Assembly (NCBI GenBank): GCA_965223795.1
Contig: CBDCXL010000002.1
Coordinates: 128,001 to 192,000, forward strand
Source of the DNA: Nitrospinales bacterium
GTDB taxonomy: Bacteria; Nitrospinota; Nitrospinia; Nitrospinales; VA-1
Direction of reading: 5' to 3'
DNA length: 64,000 bases
Below the pieces are notes generated by a model that saw only the letters and a program-made list of their open reading frames with translations, was not told where the DNA came from and searched no databases. A program made the translations under genes and the position numbers. Below are positions 25,082-35,067 of this stretch, in pieces. Within the stretch, counting starts at the first letter, position 1. Each line of letters opens with the position of its first letter.

Positions 25082-27886
25082 CTAGGCCGTCGCGGCTTCC
25101 AGGTTTTTCACGCATCGGGAGCAGATCGTCGGGTGTTCCCCACCGTCCCGCGCCTCGACAAAGTAATTCCAGCAGCGTTCGCATTTTGAGCCCGCCATCG
25201 CACGCGCGCCGATAACAACGCCTTTGAGAACTTCACTGGCAGTCGTGCGGATAGCGGGATCGATCCGGTCCACCACCTCCACGTGCGAAACGATGAAGAT
25301 GTATTTCAACTCGTCGAAATCGTCCTTTAAAATATCGCGCAGCTCCGGCGGCAGCACCAGGTGCACCTCGGCGTCGAGGGAATGGCCGATCACTTTCTCC
25401 TGCCTGAAACCCTCCAGCGCCTTGCTCACTTCCCCCTTGAGATCGACCAGCACCTGCCATTTTTTCGCGGTGTCCGCGTCCAGCTCATAGCCGGAAGAAT
25501 CCGGAAACTCGCTCAAATGCACGCTGGGTCGGCTGTCCCGGCTTTTCGGCATGTAAGACCAGACTTCCTCGGCCGTGAAACTCAGAATCGGCGCCATCAG
25601 CCGCGCCATGTCCACCAGCAGCCTGTGCAGGGCGGTCTGGCCGGAGCGGCGGCCCGGCGAATTTTTCGGGTAGGTGTACAGCCGGTCCTTGATGATGTCG
25701 AGGTAGAACGCGCTCAGGTCGACGACGCAGAAATTGTTGAACGCGTGGAAGAACACGTGGAATTCGTATCTCTCGAACGCGCTTGCGATTTTTTCGTTCA
25801 ACCCGCGAAATTGGTACAGGATGTAGCGGTCGATCTCCAGCATGTCTTCATAATCCACGGCGTCCTTTTCCGGGTCGAAGTCGCTGAGGTTGCCCAACAG
25901 GAACCGGAAGGTATTGCGGATCTTGCGGTACGCCTCGGTGAGCCGCTTCAGGATCTCCTGGGAGATGCGGATGTCCTCGCGGTAATTTTCCGACGCCACC
26001 CAGAGCCTGAGGATCTCCGCGCCGAACTGGTCGATGATCTTCTGCGGCGCGATGACGTTGCCGGCGGATTTGGACATTTTCTTGCCCTTGCCGTCGACCA
26101 CGTAGCCGTGGGTGAGCACGGTCCTGTAGGGTGCCTTGCCGCGGGTGCCGATCGATTCCAGCAGCGAGCTGTGGAACCAGCCGCGGTGCTGGTCGCTGCC
26201 CTCCAGGTACATGTCGGCGGGCCATTGCAGGTTCGGGTCGGTTTCCAGTACCGCCGCGTGGCTGACGCCGGAGTCGAACCACACATCGAGGATGTCGTTT
26301 TCCTTCCGGATCGACTCCGCCCCCGCGCCGCAGCTGCAGCGCATGCCTGCGGGCAGCAGGTCTTCGGCTTCCTTATCGAACCAGTGGTCGGCGCCGTGTT
26401 TTTCGACGAGCGCGACGATGTGGTCGAACAGTTCCGGGGTGCGCAGGATCTCGCCGCAGTCGTCGCAGCAGAACACGGTGATGGGCACGCCCCAGGCGCG
26501 CTGGCGCGACACGCACCAGTCGGGCCGGTTCTCCACCATGCTGTAGATGCGCTCCTCGCCCCAGGGCGGCACCCACTGCACATTGCGGATGGCTTTAAGC
26601 GCGTTTTTGCGCAGATCGTTTTTCTCCATGGAGATGAACCACTGGTGCGTCGCCCGGAAGATGATGGGCTGGCGGCAGCGCCAGCAGTGCGGGTACGAAT
26701 GTTTCAAGGTTTCCTGGTGGATCAGCGCCCCCACTTCTTCCAGCCTGGCGATGATGTTCGGGTTGGCCTTGGTGACGAACTGGCCCGCGAAAAATTCCAC
26801 GCCGTCTTTGAAGACGCCGCCGTCGTCCACCGGGTTGTAGGTGTCGAGGCCGTATTTCTGCCCCACCACGTAGTCGTCCTGGCCGTGGCCGGGAGCGGTG
26901 TGCACGCAGCCGGTGCCCTGCTCCAGCGTCACGTGTCCGCCGAGGATCACCCTGGAGTCCTGTTCGAGGAAGGGATGACGGCAGACAACGCCTTCCAGCT
27001 CGCTGCCTTTGGCTTTGGCGGCGACCGTGTGCTCCTTCACGTCCCATTGGGCCAGCAGCGCCGGCAGAAGGTCCTCGGCGACAACGAGGTTTTCGCCGCC
27101 GATCTCCACGGCGACGTAGTTGAAATCCGGATGCAGGCACACCGCCAGGTTCGCGGGCAGGGTCCACGGCGTGGTGGTCCAGATGACGAACGCTGTTTTA
27201 GCGGGGTCCAGGTCCTGCATGCCGCCTTTGAGCTTCGAGGACACGGGGAACTTGACGTAGATGGACGGCGATTTGTGGTCGGCGTACTCCACTTCCGCCT
27301 CGGCGAGCGCGGTCTTGCAGGAGGTGCACCAGTGGACGGGCTTCAGGCCCCGGTACACCAGGCCGGACTGCACGCATTTGCCGAACTCGCGCACGATGGT
27401 GGCCTCGTAGCCGTAGTCCATCGTGAGATACGGCCGGTGCCAGTCGGCGAACACGCCCAGGCGCATGAATTCCTCGCGCTGGATGTCGACGAACTTTTCC
27501 GCGTAGACCCGGCACAGCTTGCGGATCTCCTGCTTGCCCGGAGTGAGCTTCTTCTGCCGCTGCTCTTTCGCCACCTGGTGCTCGATCGGCAGGCCGTGAC
27601 AGTCCCAGCCGGGAACGAAGGTCGCGTCGAACCCCTGCATGGTCTTGATGCGGACGATGAAGTCCTTGAGGATCTTGTTGAGCGCGTGTCCCATGTGGAT
27701 GTGGCCGTTGGCGTAAGGCGGCCCGTCGTGAAACACGTACTTGGGGCGGCCTTTCGACTGGCCGCGGATCTGCCCGTACAGATCCTCGTCTTTCCAGCGG
27801 GCCAGGATTTCCGGCTCCCGCTGGGTGAGATTGGCCTTCATGGGAAACCCGGTCTGCGGGAGATTGAGCGTTTCTTTGTAATCCAT
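25082..27886 (-). CDS. ileS: Isoleucyl-tRNA synthetase
   Basis: HDGPPYANGHIHMGH, WTTTPWTLP, KMSKS and a C-terminal CERC/CSRC Zn motif. Confidence 0.98.
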   Translation of the reverse strand: MDYKETLNLPQTGFPMKANLTQREPEILARWKDEDLYGQIRGQSKGRPKYVFHDGPPYANGHIHMGHALNKILKDFIVRIKTMQGFDATFVPGWDCHGLPIEHQVAKEQRQKKLTPGKQEIRKLCRVYAEKFVDIQREEFMRLGVFADWHRPYLTMDYGYEATIVREFGKCVQSGLVYRGLKPVHWCTSCKTALAEAEVEYADHKSPSIYVKFPVSSKLKGGMQDLDPAKTAFVIWTTTPWTLPANLAVCLHPDFNYVAVEIGGENLVVAEDLLPALLAQWDVKEHTVAAKAKGSELEGVVCRHPFLEQDSRVILGGHVTLEQGTGCVHTAPGHGQDDYVVGQKYGLDTYNPVDDGGVFKDGVEFFAGQFVTKANPNIIARLEEVGALIHQETLKHSYPHCWRCRQPIIFRATHQWFISMEKNDLRKNALKAIRNVQWVPPWGEERIYSMVENRPDWCVSRQRAWGVPITVFCCDDCGEILRTPELFDHIVALVEKHGADHWFDKEAEDLLPAGMRCSCGAGAESIRKENDILDVWFDSGVSHAAVLETDPNLQWPADMYLEGSDQHRGWFHSSLLESIGTRGKAPYRTVLTHGYVVDGKGKKMSKSAGNVIAPQKIIDQFGAEILRLWVASENYREDIRISQEILKRLTEAYRKIRNTFRFLLGNLSDFDPEKDAVDYEDMLEIDRYILYQFRGLNEKIASAFERYEFHVFFHAFNNFCVVDLSAFYLDIIKDRLYTYPKNSPGRRSGQTALHRLLVDMARLMAPILSFTAEEVWSYMPKSRDSRPSVHLSEFPDSSGYELDADTAKKWQVLVDLKGEVSKALEGFRQEKVIGHSLDAEVHLVLPPELRDILKDDFDELKYIFIVSHVEVVDRIDPAIRTTASEVLKGVVIGARAMAGSKCERCWNYFVEARDGGEHPTICSRCVKNLEAATA

Positions 27887-27945
27887 CGTTTTATTCAGCC
27901 GATTGCATTGTTCGTGTGACCGCCGCGGCGCCGGAGGAGCGCGGT

Positions 27946-28932
27946 CTACAGTTTCATGGCCGCCTTGGCCTCCGCCAGGGTCCGGCTCGCCACTTTTTCC
28001 GCCTTTTTGCTGCCTTCCGCCAGGATTGCTTTCACCTCTTTGGGCTTGGCGGCGATCTCCTGGCGCTTTTCCATCATCGGCCGCATGACGGCGAGCATGG
28101 AGTCGGCGAGTTTCTGCTTGCAGTCGCCGCAGCCGATCGTGGCGTTTCGGCAGGCGGGGATGATCTCCTCCTGCATGGCCGTGGGCGAATACAGCTTGTG
28201 AAACGGAAACAGGTTGCAGTCGTCCGGCTCGCCGGGGTCCTCGCGGCGCGCGCGCTTGGGATCGGTGAGCATGGACTGCACTTTCTTGCGGACCTGCTTC
28301 TCGGTGTCGCTGAGGTTGATCGTGTTGTTGTAGCTCTTGCTCATCTTGCGGCCGTCGATCCCGTTGAGCTTGGGAATGTCGGAAATCTTCGCGGCGGGCT
28401 CGACGAACACGTTCTTTTTATACAGGCCGTGAAACCGGCGCACGATCTCGCGGGAAATTTCCAGGTGCGGCGCCTGGTCGATGCCCACGGGGACGAAATC
28501 CGCCTTGTACAGGATGATGTCCGCGGTCTGCAGAACAGGATACCCCAAAAAGCCGTAGGAGTTCATGTCCACACCCTTCACCTCCACCTGTTTTTCCTTG
28601 TAGGTCGGGTTGCGCTCCAGCCAGGGCACCGGGACGATCATCGACAGGATCAGGTGCAGCTCCGCGTGGGCGGGGACTTTCGACTGCACGAACAGCACGC
28701 ATTTTTCCGGATCGAGGCCGCAGCTCAGCCAGTCCACCGCCACTTCGTGGGCGTAGGTCTTGATGAGATGCGGGTCCTCATACAGAGTGGTCAGCGGGTG
28801 CCAGTCGGCGATGAAATAAAAGCACTCGTACTCATCCTGCAGGGCGATCCAGTTTTTCAACGCGCCGTGGTAGTTGCCCAGATGCAGGGGGCCGGTCGCC
28901 TGCATGCCGCTCAGGATGCGCTTTTTCTTCAT
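27946..28932 (-). CDS. trpS: Tryptophanyl-tRNA synthetase
   Basis: SGMQATGPLHLGNY, YPVLQTADI, VPVGIDQ and KMSKS; start MKKKRIL. Confidence 0.97.
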   Translation of the reverse strand: MKKKRILSGMQATGPLHLGNYHGALKNWIALQDEYECFYFIADWHPLTTLYEDPHLIKTYAHEVAVDWLSCGLDPEKCVLFVQSKVPAHAELHLILSMIVPVPWLERNPTYKEKQVEVKGVDMNSYGFLGYPVLQTADIILYKADFVPVGIDQAPHLEISREIVRRFHGLYKKNVFVEPAAKISDIPKLNGIDGRKMSKSYNNTINLSDTEKQVRKKVQSMLTDPKRARREDPGEPDDCNLFPFHKLYSPTAMQEEIIPACRNATIGCGDCKQKLADSMLAVMRPMMEKRQEIAAKPKEVKAILAEGSKKAEKVASRTLAEAKAAMKL

Positions 28933-28940
28933 CGATCCAC

Positions 28941-29615
28941 TCACCGCGCGAACGCCGTCATCAGCACCTGCGCCAGGGTGGGATAAGCCTCCTGGGTCAG
29001 ATGATACACAGCGAAATTGATGGGGGTGAGGAGCAGCGTCTGCAGGATGCCGGTGTGCGCGAAGGTGTCCAGCAGCACCACGCCCAGGATCAAAAACGCG
29101 CCGTAGCGGTCGAATTTCGACAGGGCCACCGCCGCCTTGAAGGGAACCAGCCCCTTCAGCACGCTGCCGCCATCGAGCGGGGCGATGGGCAGCAGGTTGA
29201 AAATCGCGAGGCCGACGTTGATGAACACGCCGAAGCTCAACAGCACGAACAGGATCATGTTGTCCTGGGGGGAGATCATGCGGATCAGCACCCCGCACAC
29301 CACCGCCATCGCGATGTTGGACAACGGTCCCGCGAGCGCCACGTACATCATGTCCTTGCGCGGATTCTCGAAATTGCGCCAGTCCACCGGCACCGGTTTG
29401 GCCCAGCCGACGCCGACGATGAAGAAAAACAGCGTCCCCAGCAGGTCCAGGTGGCGCAGCGGATTGAACGACAGCCGGCCCAGCTTTTGCGCGGTGTTGT
29501 CCCCCAGGATGAGAGCTACCTTGCCGTGGGAGTATTCATGCACGACCAAAGAAAAGATCACCACCGGGGTCATCAGGGCCAGAAAAAAGGTTTGATTGGA
29601 AATTTCCACGGTCAA
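28941..29615 (-). CDS. Site-2 protease (M50 family)
   Basis: HEYSH, AGPLSN and FNLLPIAPLDGG. Confidence 0.93.
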   Translation of the reverse strand: MTVEISNQTFFLALMTPVVIFSLVVHEYSHGKVALILGDNTAQKLGRLSFNPLRHLDLLGTLFFFIVGVGWAKPVPVDWRNFENPRKDMMYVALAGPLSNIAMAVVCGVLIRMISPQDNMILFVLLSFGVFINVGLAIFNLLPIAPLDGGSVLKGLVPFKAAVALSKFDRYGAFLILGVVLLDTFAHTGILQTLLLTPINFAVYHLTQEAYPTLAQVLMTAFAR

Positions 29616-29907
29616 TCGTATATCAGCACAAGGCCCGGGTTCGCTATGTTTATGGATCGGGCCTCATTTCACAAGGGCCGCTCACGGGCGCAACGGCTTC
29701 GCAGCCGTGCCCTTGATATTTCAAAACAGTCAGGGAATCACGGGTTGCAGTCAGCGTCGATGGTGGGCCAAAAGCTGATGAGGATTTGGAGTTTTCTCGA
29801 TGAAACTGCAGACCACAGGATATTTTAGCGCAAATTTCCCTATTTTCATAACTCTTTCAACCTCCCGCAAATGAGCCGGTTACCCGGTTTTTTCCGGCCT
29901 GCCCGCC

Positions 29908-30645
29908 TCAGGGATCGCGGGTTTTGGCGTATTTGAGGTAGGTGTAAAACGCCATCGACAGGGCCAGGAACACGCCGAGAAACCCCTCGCGGAACCCCTG
30001 CCGGAACACGAAGGTCTTGAAAAACACCCAGGGCGGACGCAGGTAGAGGTGGCTCCAGCCCGCGGTGAACCCGGCCCGGGATTTTTCGGCGGCGAACAGC
30101 GAGGAATACCGGTTCTGCCGGGCGATGTAGTCCTCCATTCCCGAATAGGAGTGGTGCAGCAGCGGTTCTTCAAGGTCGCCGCAGGCGGTCAGCGGATGCA
30201 GCTGCTCGTGCACGGCGGTTTCCTGAAAGGAAATCAGGCTCTTGTCGTAGAGGCGGGCGATCCGGTCGGGATACCAGCCGCCGAAACGGACCCAGCGGCC
30301 GGCGAAAAAATTCATGCGCGGAAACCGGTACACGGGATGTTCGGCGCCGTCCCGCAGGGTGGCGCGGATCTCTTCCGCTCCCGCTTCGGAAAGCGCCTCG
30401 TCGGCGTCGAGGTTTAAAACCCATTTGTGGCTCGCGCGTTCCGCGCAGAGATTTTTCTGCTTGCCGTACCCCAGCCAGGTTTGCTGAGTCACGTTTTCGG
30501 TGTAGCGGCGGCAGATCTCGACGGTGCGGTCGCTGCTGAAACTGTCCACGACGACGATTTCATCGGCCCACGCGACGCTCTTGAGACAGCGCTCGATGTT
30601 GGACTCTTCATTAAATGTGATGATGGTCACTGAAAGTTTTTCCAT
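29908..30645 (-). CDS. Glycosyltransferase family 2 (WaaE/KdtX-like)
   Basis: LSVTIITFNEE, VVDSFSSDRT, LDADE and GGWYPD; start MEKLS. Confidence 0.9.
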   Translation of the reverse strand: MEKLSVTIITFNEESNIERCLKSVAWADEIVVVDSFSSDRTVEICRRYTENVTQQTWLGYGKQKNLCAERASHKWVLNLDADEALSEAGAEEIRATLRDGAEHPVYRFPRMNFFAGRWVRFGGWYPDRIARLYDKSLISFQETAVHEQLHPLTACGDLEEPLLHHSYSGMEDYIARQNRYSSLFAAEKSRAGFTAGWSHLYLRPPWVFFKTFVFRQGFREGFLGVFLALSMAFYTYLKYAKTRDP

Positions 30646-31102
30646 CGCTGCCGGGGATGGTTGGGAAATAGCAGAGAAAGACTGCGTGCGCGGCCCGTTG
30701 GGACTGCGCCGCCGCGCGGTTGATCGCGCCGGAATAAAAGCCGCGCAGATTATATCATTGAAGCACGGCTCCCCCGATCCGTAAATTACATTGGAACGGC
30801 GCTTCCTGCATACCGCGCCGTTCAGGCCACACGATTGGATCGGATGGCCGTGATCAAAAATCAAGTCCAGCGTGCGGCGGCGTGATTGGTATTCAGGTCT
30901 GCAGCAGAATGTGTTATGATAATGCTCTGATTTTAAGGGACATGGAGAAACGGAACCGTTGCCGGCCGCGCGGAAACCTGAAGAAGGTATTTCCTTTTTT
31001 GAGTTTTCTTTGCTTGCAGTTGTCCGGCGCTCATCGATCACCTCTAGGGAAACCGGGGTGCCTGGCTGTCATGGCCTGCTCACACCGGTCTGAGCCGTCG
31101 TC

Positions 31103-34018
31103 ATGAACGAAAACATGTTGCAATCCGTCAAAGAAAACTTCCAGCAGTTCTGGAGCCAGGTGCAACCTCTATTCGATTTCGAAAACAGCTCCTTTCTGGA
31201 AACTCTCAAACCCTACCTGGGAAAAGCTCTTGAGAACCCGCTGGCGACGGCGATCGCGTTCCTGGCTCTTATCGGAATCCCCTTCACGCTGACCAAGATC
31301 CGCAAGAACAATACGGAGGCGGGAAAACGGCTGGACAAGCTGATCGAGGAACTGGAAGCGTTCGAAGGCACGCAGGCTTCCATCAAGGAAAAAGCCGAAA
31401 CCGCCGGGAACCCGGCAGAACCCATTGATGAAGAGCCGCCCGCCGGACCCAAAGCGGAAGCGGCGGCGGCGAAGGCATCGTCCGCAACCGTCATCCCGCC
31501 GCTCATGACGGCGGCGCCTGTGGCCGCGGAGACGGTGCTTTCATCTTCTTCCACACCGGCGGACGAATCCGAAGTTCCCAGTGGGAACGCAGACGTTGTG
31601 GAAGAAAAAGTCGAAGCCCGCGACGAAAACCCCGAAGTGGCGGAAGAAAAACCCGAGGTTGCGGAAGAATTGGAAGAAAAATCTCCGGTCCTCGAAGAAA
31701 AATCCGAAACCCCCGAAACCGCAGCGGACACACCGGCGCTGGAACTGCATAAAGACGTTCAGGATGAAGTGGAGCTGGATCTCAGCGACGTGATGAGCGA
31801 GGAGCACGGCTGGTCGAAAATCAGCAATCCGACCGTAGCTCCGCTTCGGGAAGAGGATTTCGATCCGGATGACTTCGAACGATTTCAACTGCAGATGGAA
31901 AAGTCCATTCAGAATATCTCCGACCGCATCGCGGAACGGGAAGAGCCGGATTTCGTGGAAACGGAAGAAAAACAGGAATCCGCTATCGAGGAACTGCAGC
32001 CGGCGTCCCATCTGGAAACGGAACTGATCGAAGAACCGCCGTCTTTAGCGAAAGAAGACGAAGAGCTGATGGACGCTCTGGAAGAACCGGCAGCGGCCGG
32101 GGAAGCTGCCGCGTTCAGTGAGGCAACGATTGCGGGCACACCGGAGGAAAGCGAGGATGCAAGCGTGCTGCAGCCGTTATCGGAATCCGCAATCGACACC
32201 GGAAGCGAAAACGCCGCTGAACCCGTGAGCGAAAAAACGGAACCGGAATTTTCATCCCCTGCCAAAACGAATGCGGCGGACGATTTTTTTCTCGATATGA
32301 CGGAGGAAGCGGAAGAAGCACTGGAAGAAACTGAGCCATCCTTGGACAAGGTGGACTGGATCGGTGAGCCGGATTTCACGGGTCTGGAAACGGCGGCGGA
32401 AAGCCTTGCCGACGACGAGGAGCCCATCGAAGCGAAGATCGAAATGCCGGACTTTGAATTTGAGGAAACCGAAAACCGTTTCGATGAAATCAGCACGATG
32501 GAAACGGAGCTTAAAAGCAGCCTCGATGCCCTAGAACCTGAAGCCGTGAAATCCGACAGCCGTCTCGATGAGCTCGACCGGCTTGAATCTGAGGTGGAGA
32601 AAGACCCGGTAAACTCTGAAATTGAGGATGCGGCAATCGAGGAACCCATCGAGGCATCCTCGGACTCGCGCGATGAGATGCAGGCCTTGACTTCCTTTCT
32701 GATCGAAGATCAATACAAAGAGACCTCCGCTTCCGACGAGACGGCTCTTGAGATGGAAACCGCGGAACCGGAGACGGTGTTCGCGGAATTGGAGGAAGTG
32801 GAAGACCCGGTGAACCCTGAAATTGAGGATGCGGAGTTCGAGGAACCCGTCGAGGCCTCATCGGACTCCCGCGATGAGATGCAGGCCCTGACTTCTTTTC
32901 TGATCGAAGAGCAGGACAAAGAAACCTCCGATTCCGACGAGTCAGCTCTTGAGACGGAGACCACGAAACCGGACACGGTGTTCGCGGAACTGGAGACGGA
33001 AAACCCGGACGACCTGCCCGGTCTGCTGGAGGAAGCCGAAACGGACCCGGCGATCGTTTCGCTGTCTGCGGAAAAAGACGAGCTGGTTGCCGAAGCGGGA
33101 CAGGAGATCGATGCCATTCAGATGGAAATCGAAAAAACCATCGAAGACGTTTCGCGCGAGTTGTCCGCCGATCCTTTGGACGAGGTGTTCCCGTTCGGCG
33201 CCCCGGAAACGGATACTCAGGAAACGCAACCCATCGAAACGCAGGCAATGGCAGAGTCTTCCGAACCTGAACCCGCTGCCCCGGAACCGGAATATGCCGA
33301 GTCTCGGGAAATGGCGGAAGCGGATTCAGAATCTTCCGAACACGCCAGTGCGGATATGGAACCTGCCGGGACGAATGCAATGGCAGAGCCGGAAGCGCCG
33401 ATCGTAAAAGCGGCTGCTGAGGAGCGGAATTTTTTCGACGGTGAGGACCTGTTCGATGTGAAGGGACTGGAAGACATTCAGTCGGAAATCGAGAAAACCA
33501 TTCAGCAAATTTCCGAGGAGCTGCCTTCTTTCTCCGAAGATGAGAAAGACGTTTCCTTCCCGACTGCGGAACAGGAACCCGCCGCGTTGACGGCGGAAGC
33601 CGAGGAATCCGGCGATGCCCTGGAACCCGAATCCACGGAGACCACCGACGCGGTGACGGATTCGGCTGATTTTTTTCCTTCCATTCAGCCGTTGACCGAT
33701 GAAATCGAGATGGCCGATGAAGCGGGCGACACGGGGAATGGCGCTGCGCCGGGCAAGAATGAAGTTCTCATCAAAAGGTTGAGCACATTTCAGGATCTTC
33801 TGGTGCAACGATTTCAGGATGAAGATCTGGACCTCACGGACAATCTGGAGGACCCGAACCTGAAGGTGTACTCCGCGGATGAAAGGAACCTGGAACCCAC
33901 CGGAGTGGATTCTCCCGACAGGGAAAAAGACCTGGATGCCAATTTTCTGGATCTGCTGGAATCTCTGGTCATTCTGAAAGAACAGAAAAACAGCAACGAC
34001 CGCATTCAGTCGCCCTGA
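31103..34018 (+). CDS. Large, extremely acidic low-complexity protein with one N-terminal TM helix
   Basis: TM segment LATAIAFLALIGIPFTL followed by ~900 aa rich in E/D/A/P/S. Confidence 0.8.
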   Translation: MNENMLQSVKENFQQFWSQVQPLFDFENSSFLETLKPYLGKALENPLATAIAFLALIGIPFTLTKIRKNNTEAGKRLDKLIEELEAFEGTQASIKEKAETAGNPAEPIDEEPPAGPKAEAAAAKASSATVIPPLMTAAPVAAETVLSSSSTPADESEVPSGNADVVEEKVEARDENPEVAEEKPEVAEELEEKSPVLEEKSETPETAADTPALELHKDVQDEVELDLSDVMSEEHGWSKISNPTVAPLREEDFDPDDFERFQLQMEKSIQNISDRIAEREEPDFVETEEKQESAIEELQPASHLETELIEEPPSLAKEDEELMDALEEPAAAGEAAAFSEATIAGTPEESEDASVLQPLSESAIDTGSENAAEPVSEKTEPEFSSPAKTNAADDFFLDMTEEAEEALEETEPSLDKVDWIGEPDFTGLETAAESLADDEEPIEAKIEMPDFEFEETENRFDEISTMETELKSSLDALEPEAVKSDSRLDELDRLESEVEKDPVNSEIEDAAIEEPIEASSDSRDEMQALTSFLIEDQYKETSASDETALEMETAEPETVFAELEEVEDPVNPEIEDAEFEEPVEASSDSRDEMQALTSFLIEEQDKETSDSDESALETETTKPDTVFAELETENPDDLPGLLEEAETDPAIVSLSAEKDELVAEAGQEIDAIQMEIEKTIEDVSRELSADPLDEVFPFGAPETDTQETQPIETQAMAESSEPEPAAPEPEYAESREMAEADSESSEHASADMEPAGTNAMAEPEAPIVKAAAEERNFFDGEDLFDVKGLEDIQSEIEKTIQQISEELPSFSEDEKDVSFPTAEQEPAALTAEAEESGDALEPESTETTDAVTDSADFFPSIQPLTDEIEMADEAGDTGNGAAPGKNEVLIKRLSTFQDLLVQRFQDEDLDLTDNLEDPNLKVYSADERNLEPTGVDSPDREKDLDANFLDLLESLVILKEQKNSNDRIQSP
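32601..33000 (+). repeat. In-frame tandem duplication, 201-bp (67-aa) period
   Basis: AAGACCCGGT.AAC.CTGAAATTGAGGATGCGG at 32601 and 32802; SSDSRDEMQALTSFLIE occurs twice. Confidence 0.9.
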
Positions 34019-34059
34019 TCCTCGGCTCTCAGCCGGCGGTCTGCATTCGATAATCCGGC

Positions 34060-35025
34060 ATGATTTCACCCGACAACATCATTGCCGTGGGCGGGGGAAA
34101 AGGCGGGGCCGGGAAAAGCGTGCTCTGCACGAACCTCGCCGCGGGCCTGGCACTGAGCGGGAAAAACGTCGTTCTCATGGACGCCGATCTGGGCGCGTCC
34201 AACCTCCACGCCCTTCTTGGAATCGACCGGCCGCATTCGGGTTTCAGAAACTGGTTCCTCTCCAACTCCGGCTGTCCCGACTCGCTGTTTTTCGACACGG
34301 GCATCGCCAATCTGAAATTCATCAGCGGCGCGGGAGACCATCCCGGCAGCGCCGATCTTTGTGATGCGTCCTTCGCGAAAATCCCGGACCTGATCCAGGA
34401 CCTGAAGGCGGACTGCGTCTTTCTGGATCTGGGTTCGGGAACGCAGAACCGCACGCTCGACCTGTTCAACCTGAGCGCCCACGGCATCGTGGTCACCACC
34501 CCGGAGATCACCGCCAGCATGAAAACGTTCGGTTTCATCCGCGCGGCGCTGTTCCGAAAAATCAGCCGCGCCTTTGCGGAGCGGGATGAGATCGTGCGGC
34601 TGGTGGACCACTCCGATCCCGAAACCGCGGATCTCGACATCCCTTCAGTGGGCGCTCTGCGCGATAAAATCCAGGCCATCGACTCCGAAGCCGTGCAGAC
34701 GCTGGAATCGATCGTCAATGGGTTTGCTCCTTTGCTGGTGGTCAACCGGGTGCGCAAAAACCGGGATCTGGGCGCGGCGGACCAGCTTATTCAACTGGTG
34801 AAAAAACACCTCGATGTGACTGTGCCGATACTGGGCTATGTCATCGAAAGCGAACGGGTTCGCGATTCGGTGGACGAGCGGATCCCGTTTCTCATCAAGG
34901 AACCGCAGAGCAAGCCTTCGGTCAACGTGCTGAGCATCCTGGGCGCTCTGTTCAACACCCAACTGCAGTTCATCAAAAAGGACGGCAGGATTTTCATCTC
35001 CCGGCAGGCGGACCAGGGAGATTGA
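34060..35025 (+). CDS. MinD/FlhG/ParA-family ATPase
   Basis: Deviant Walker A GGKGGAGKS, DADLG, DLGSG and VTTPEIT. Confidence 0.9.
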   Translation: MISPDNIIAVGGGKGGAGKSVLCTNLAAGLALSGKNVVLMDADLGASNLHALLGIDRPHSGFRNWFLSNSGCPDSLFFDTGIANLKFISGAGDHPGSADLCDASFAKIPDLIQDLKADCVFLDLGSGTQNRTLDLFNLSAHGIVVTTPEITASMKTFGFIRAALFRKISRAFAERDEIVRLVDHSDPETADLDIPSVGALRDKIQAIDSEAVQTLESIVNGFAPLLVVNRVRKNRDLGAADQLIQLVKKHLDVTVPILGYVIESERVRDSVDERIPFLIKEPQSKPSVNVLSILGALFNTQLQFIKKDGRIFISRQADQGD

Positions 35026-35067
35026 GAGGGTAAAAGAGGAAGTTTTGTTACTGGTTTGAAGTCCGTC

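Noticed and set aside
25361..27919. 852-aa plus-strand ORF
   Set aside because: Antisense shadow of ileS.
28933..29298. N-terminally extended TrpS (450 aa)
   Set aside because: The extension overlaps the site-2 protease in another frame; TrpS homology starts at MKKKRILSG.
30646..31041. N-terminal extension of the GT2
   Set aside because: No protein-like features; the region is the divergent promoter interval.
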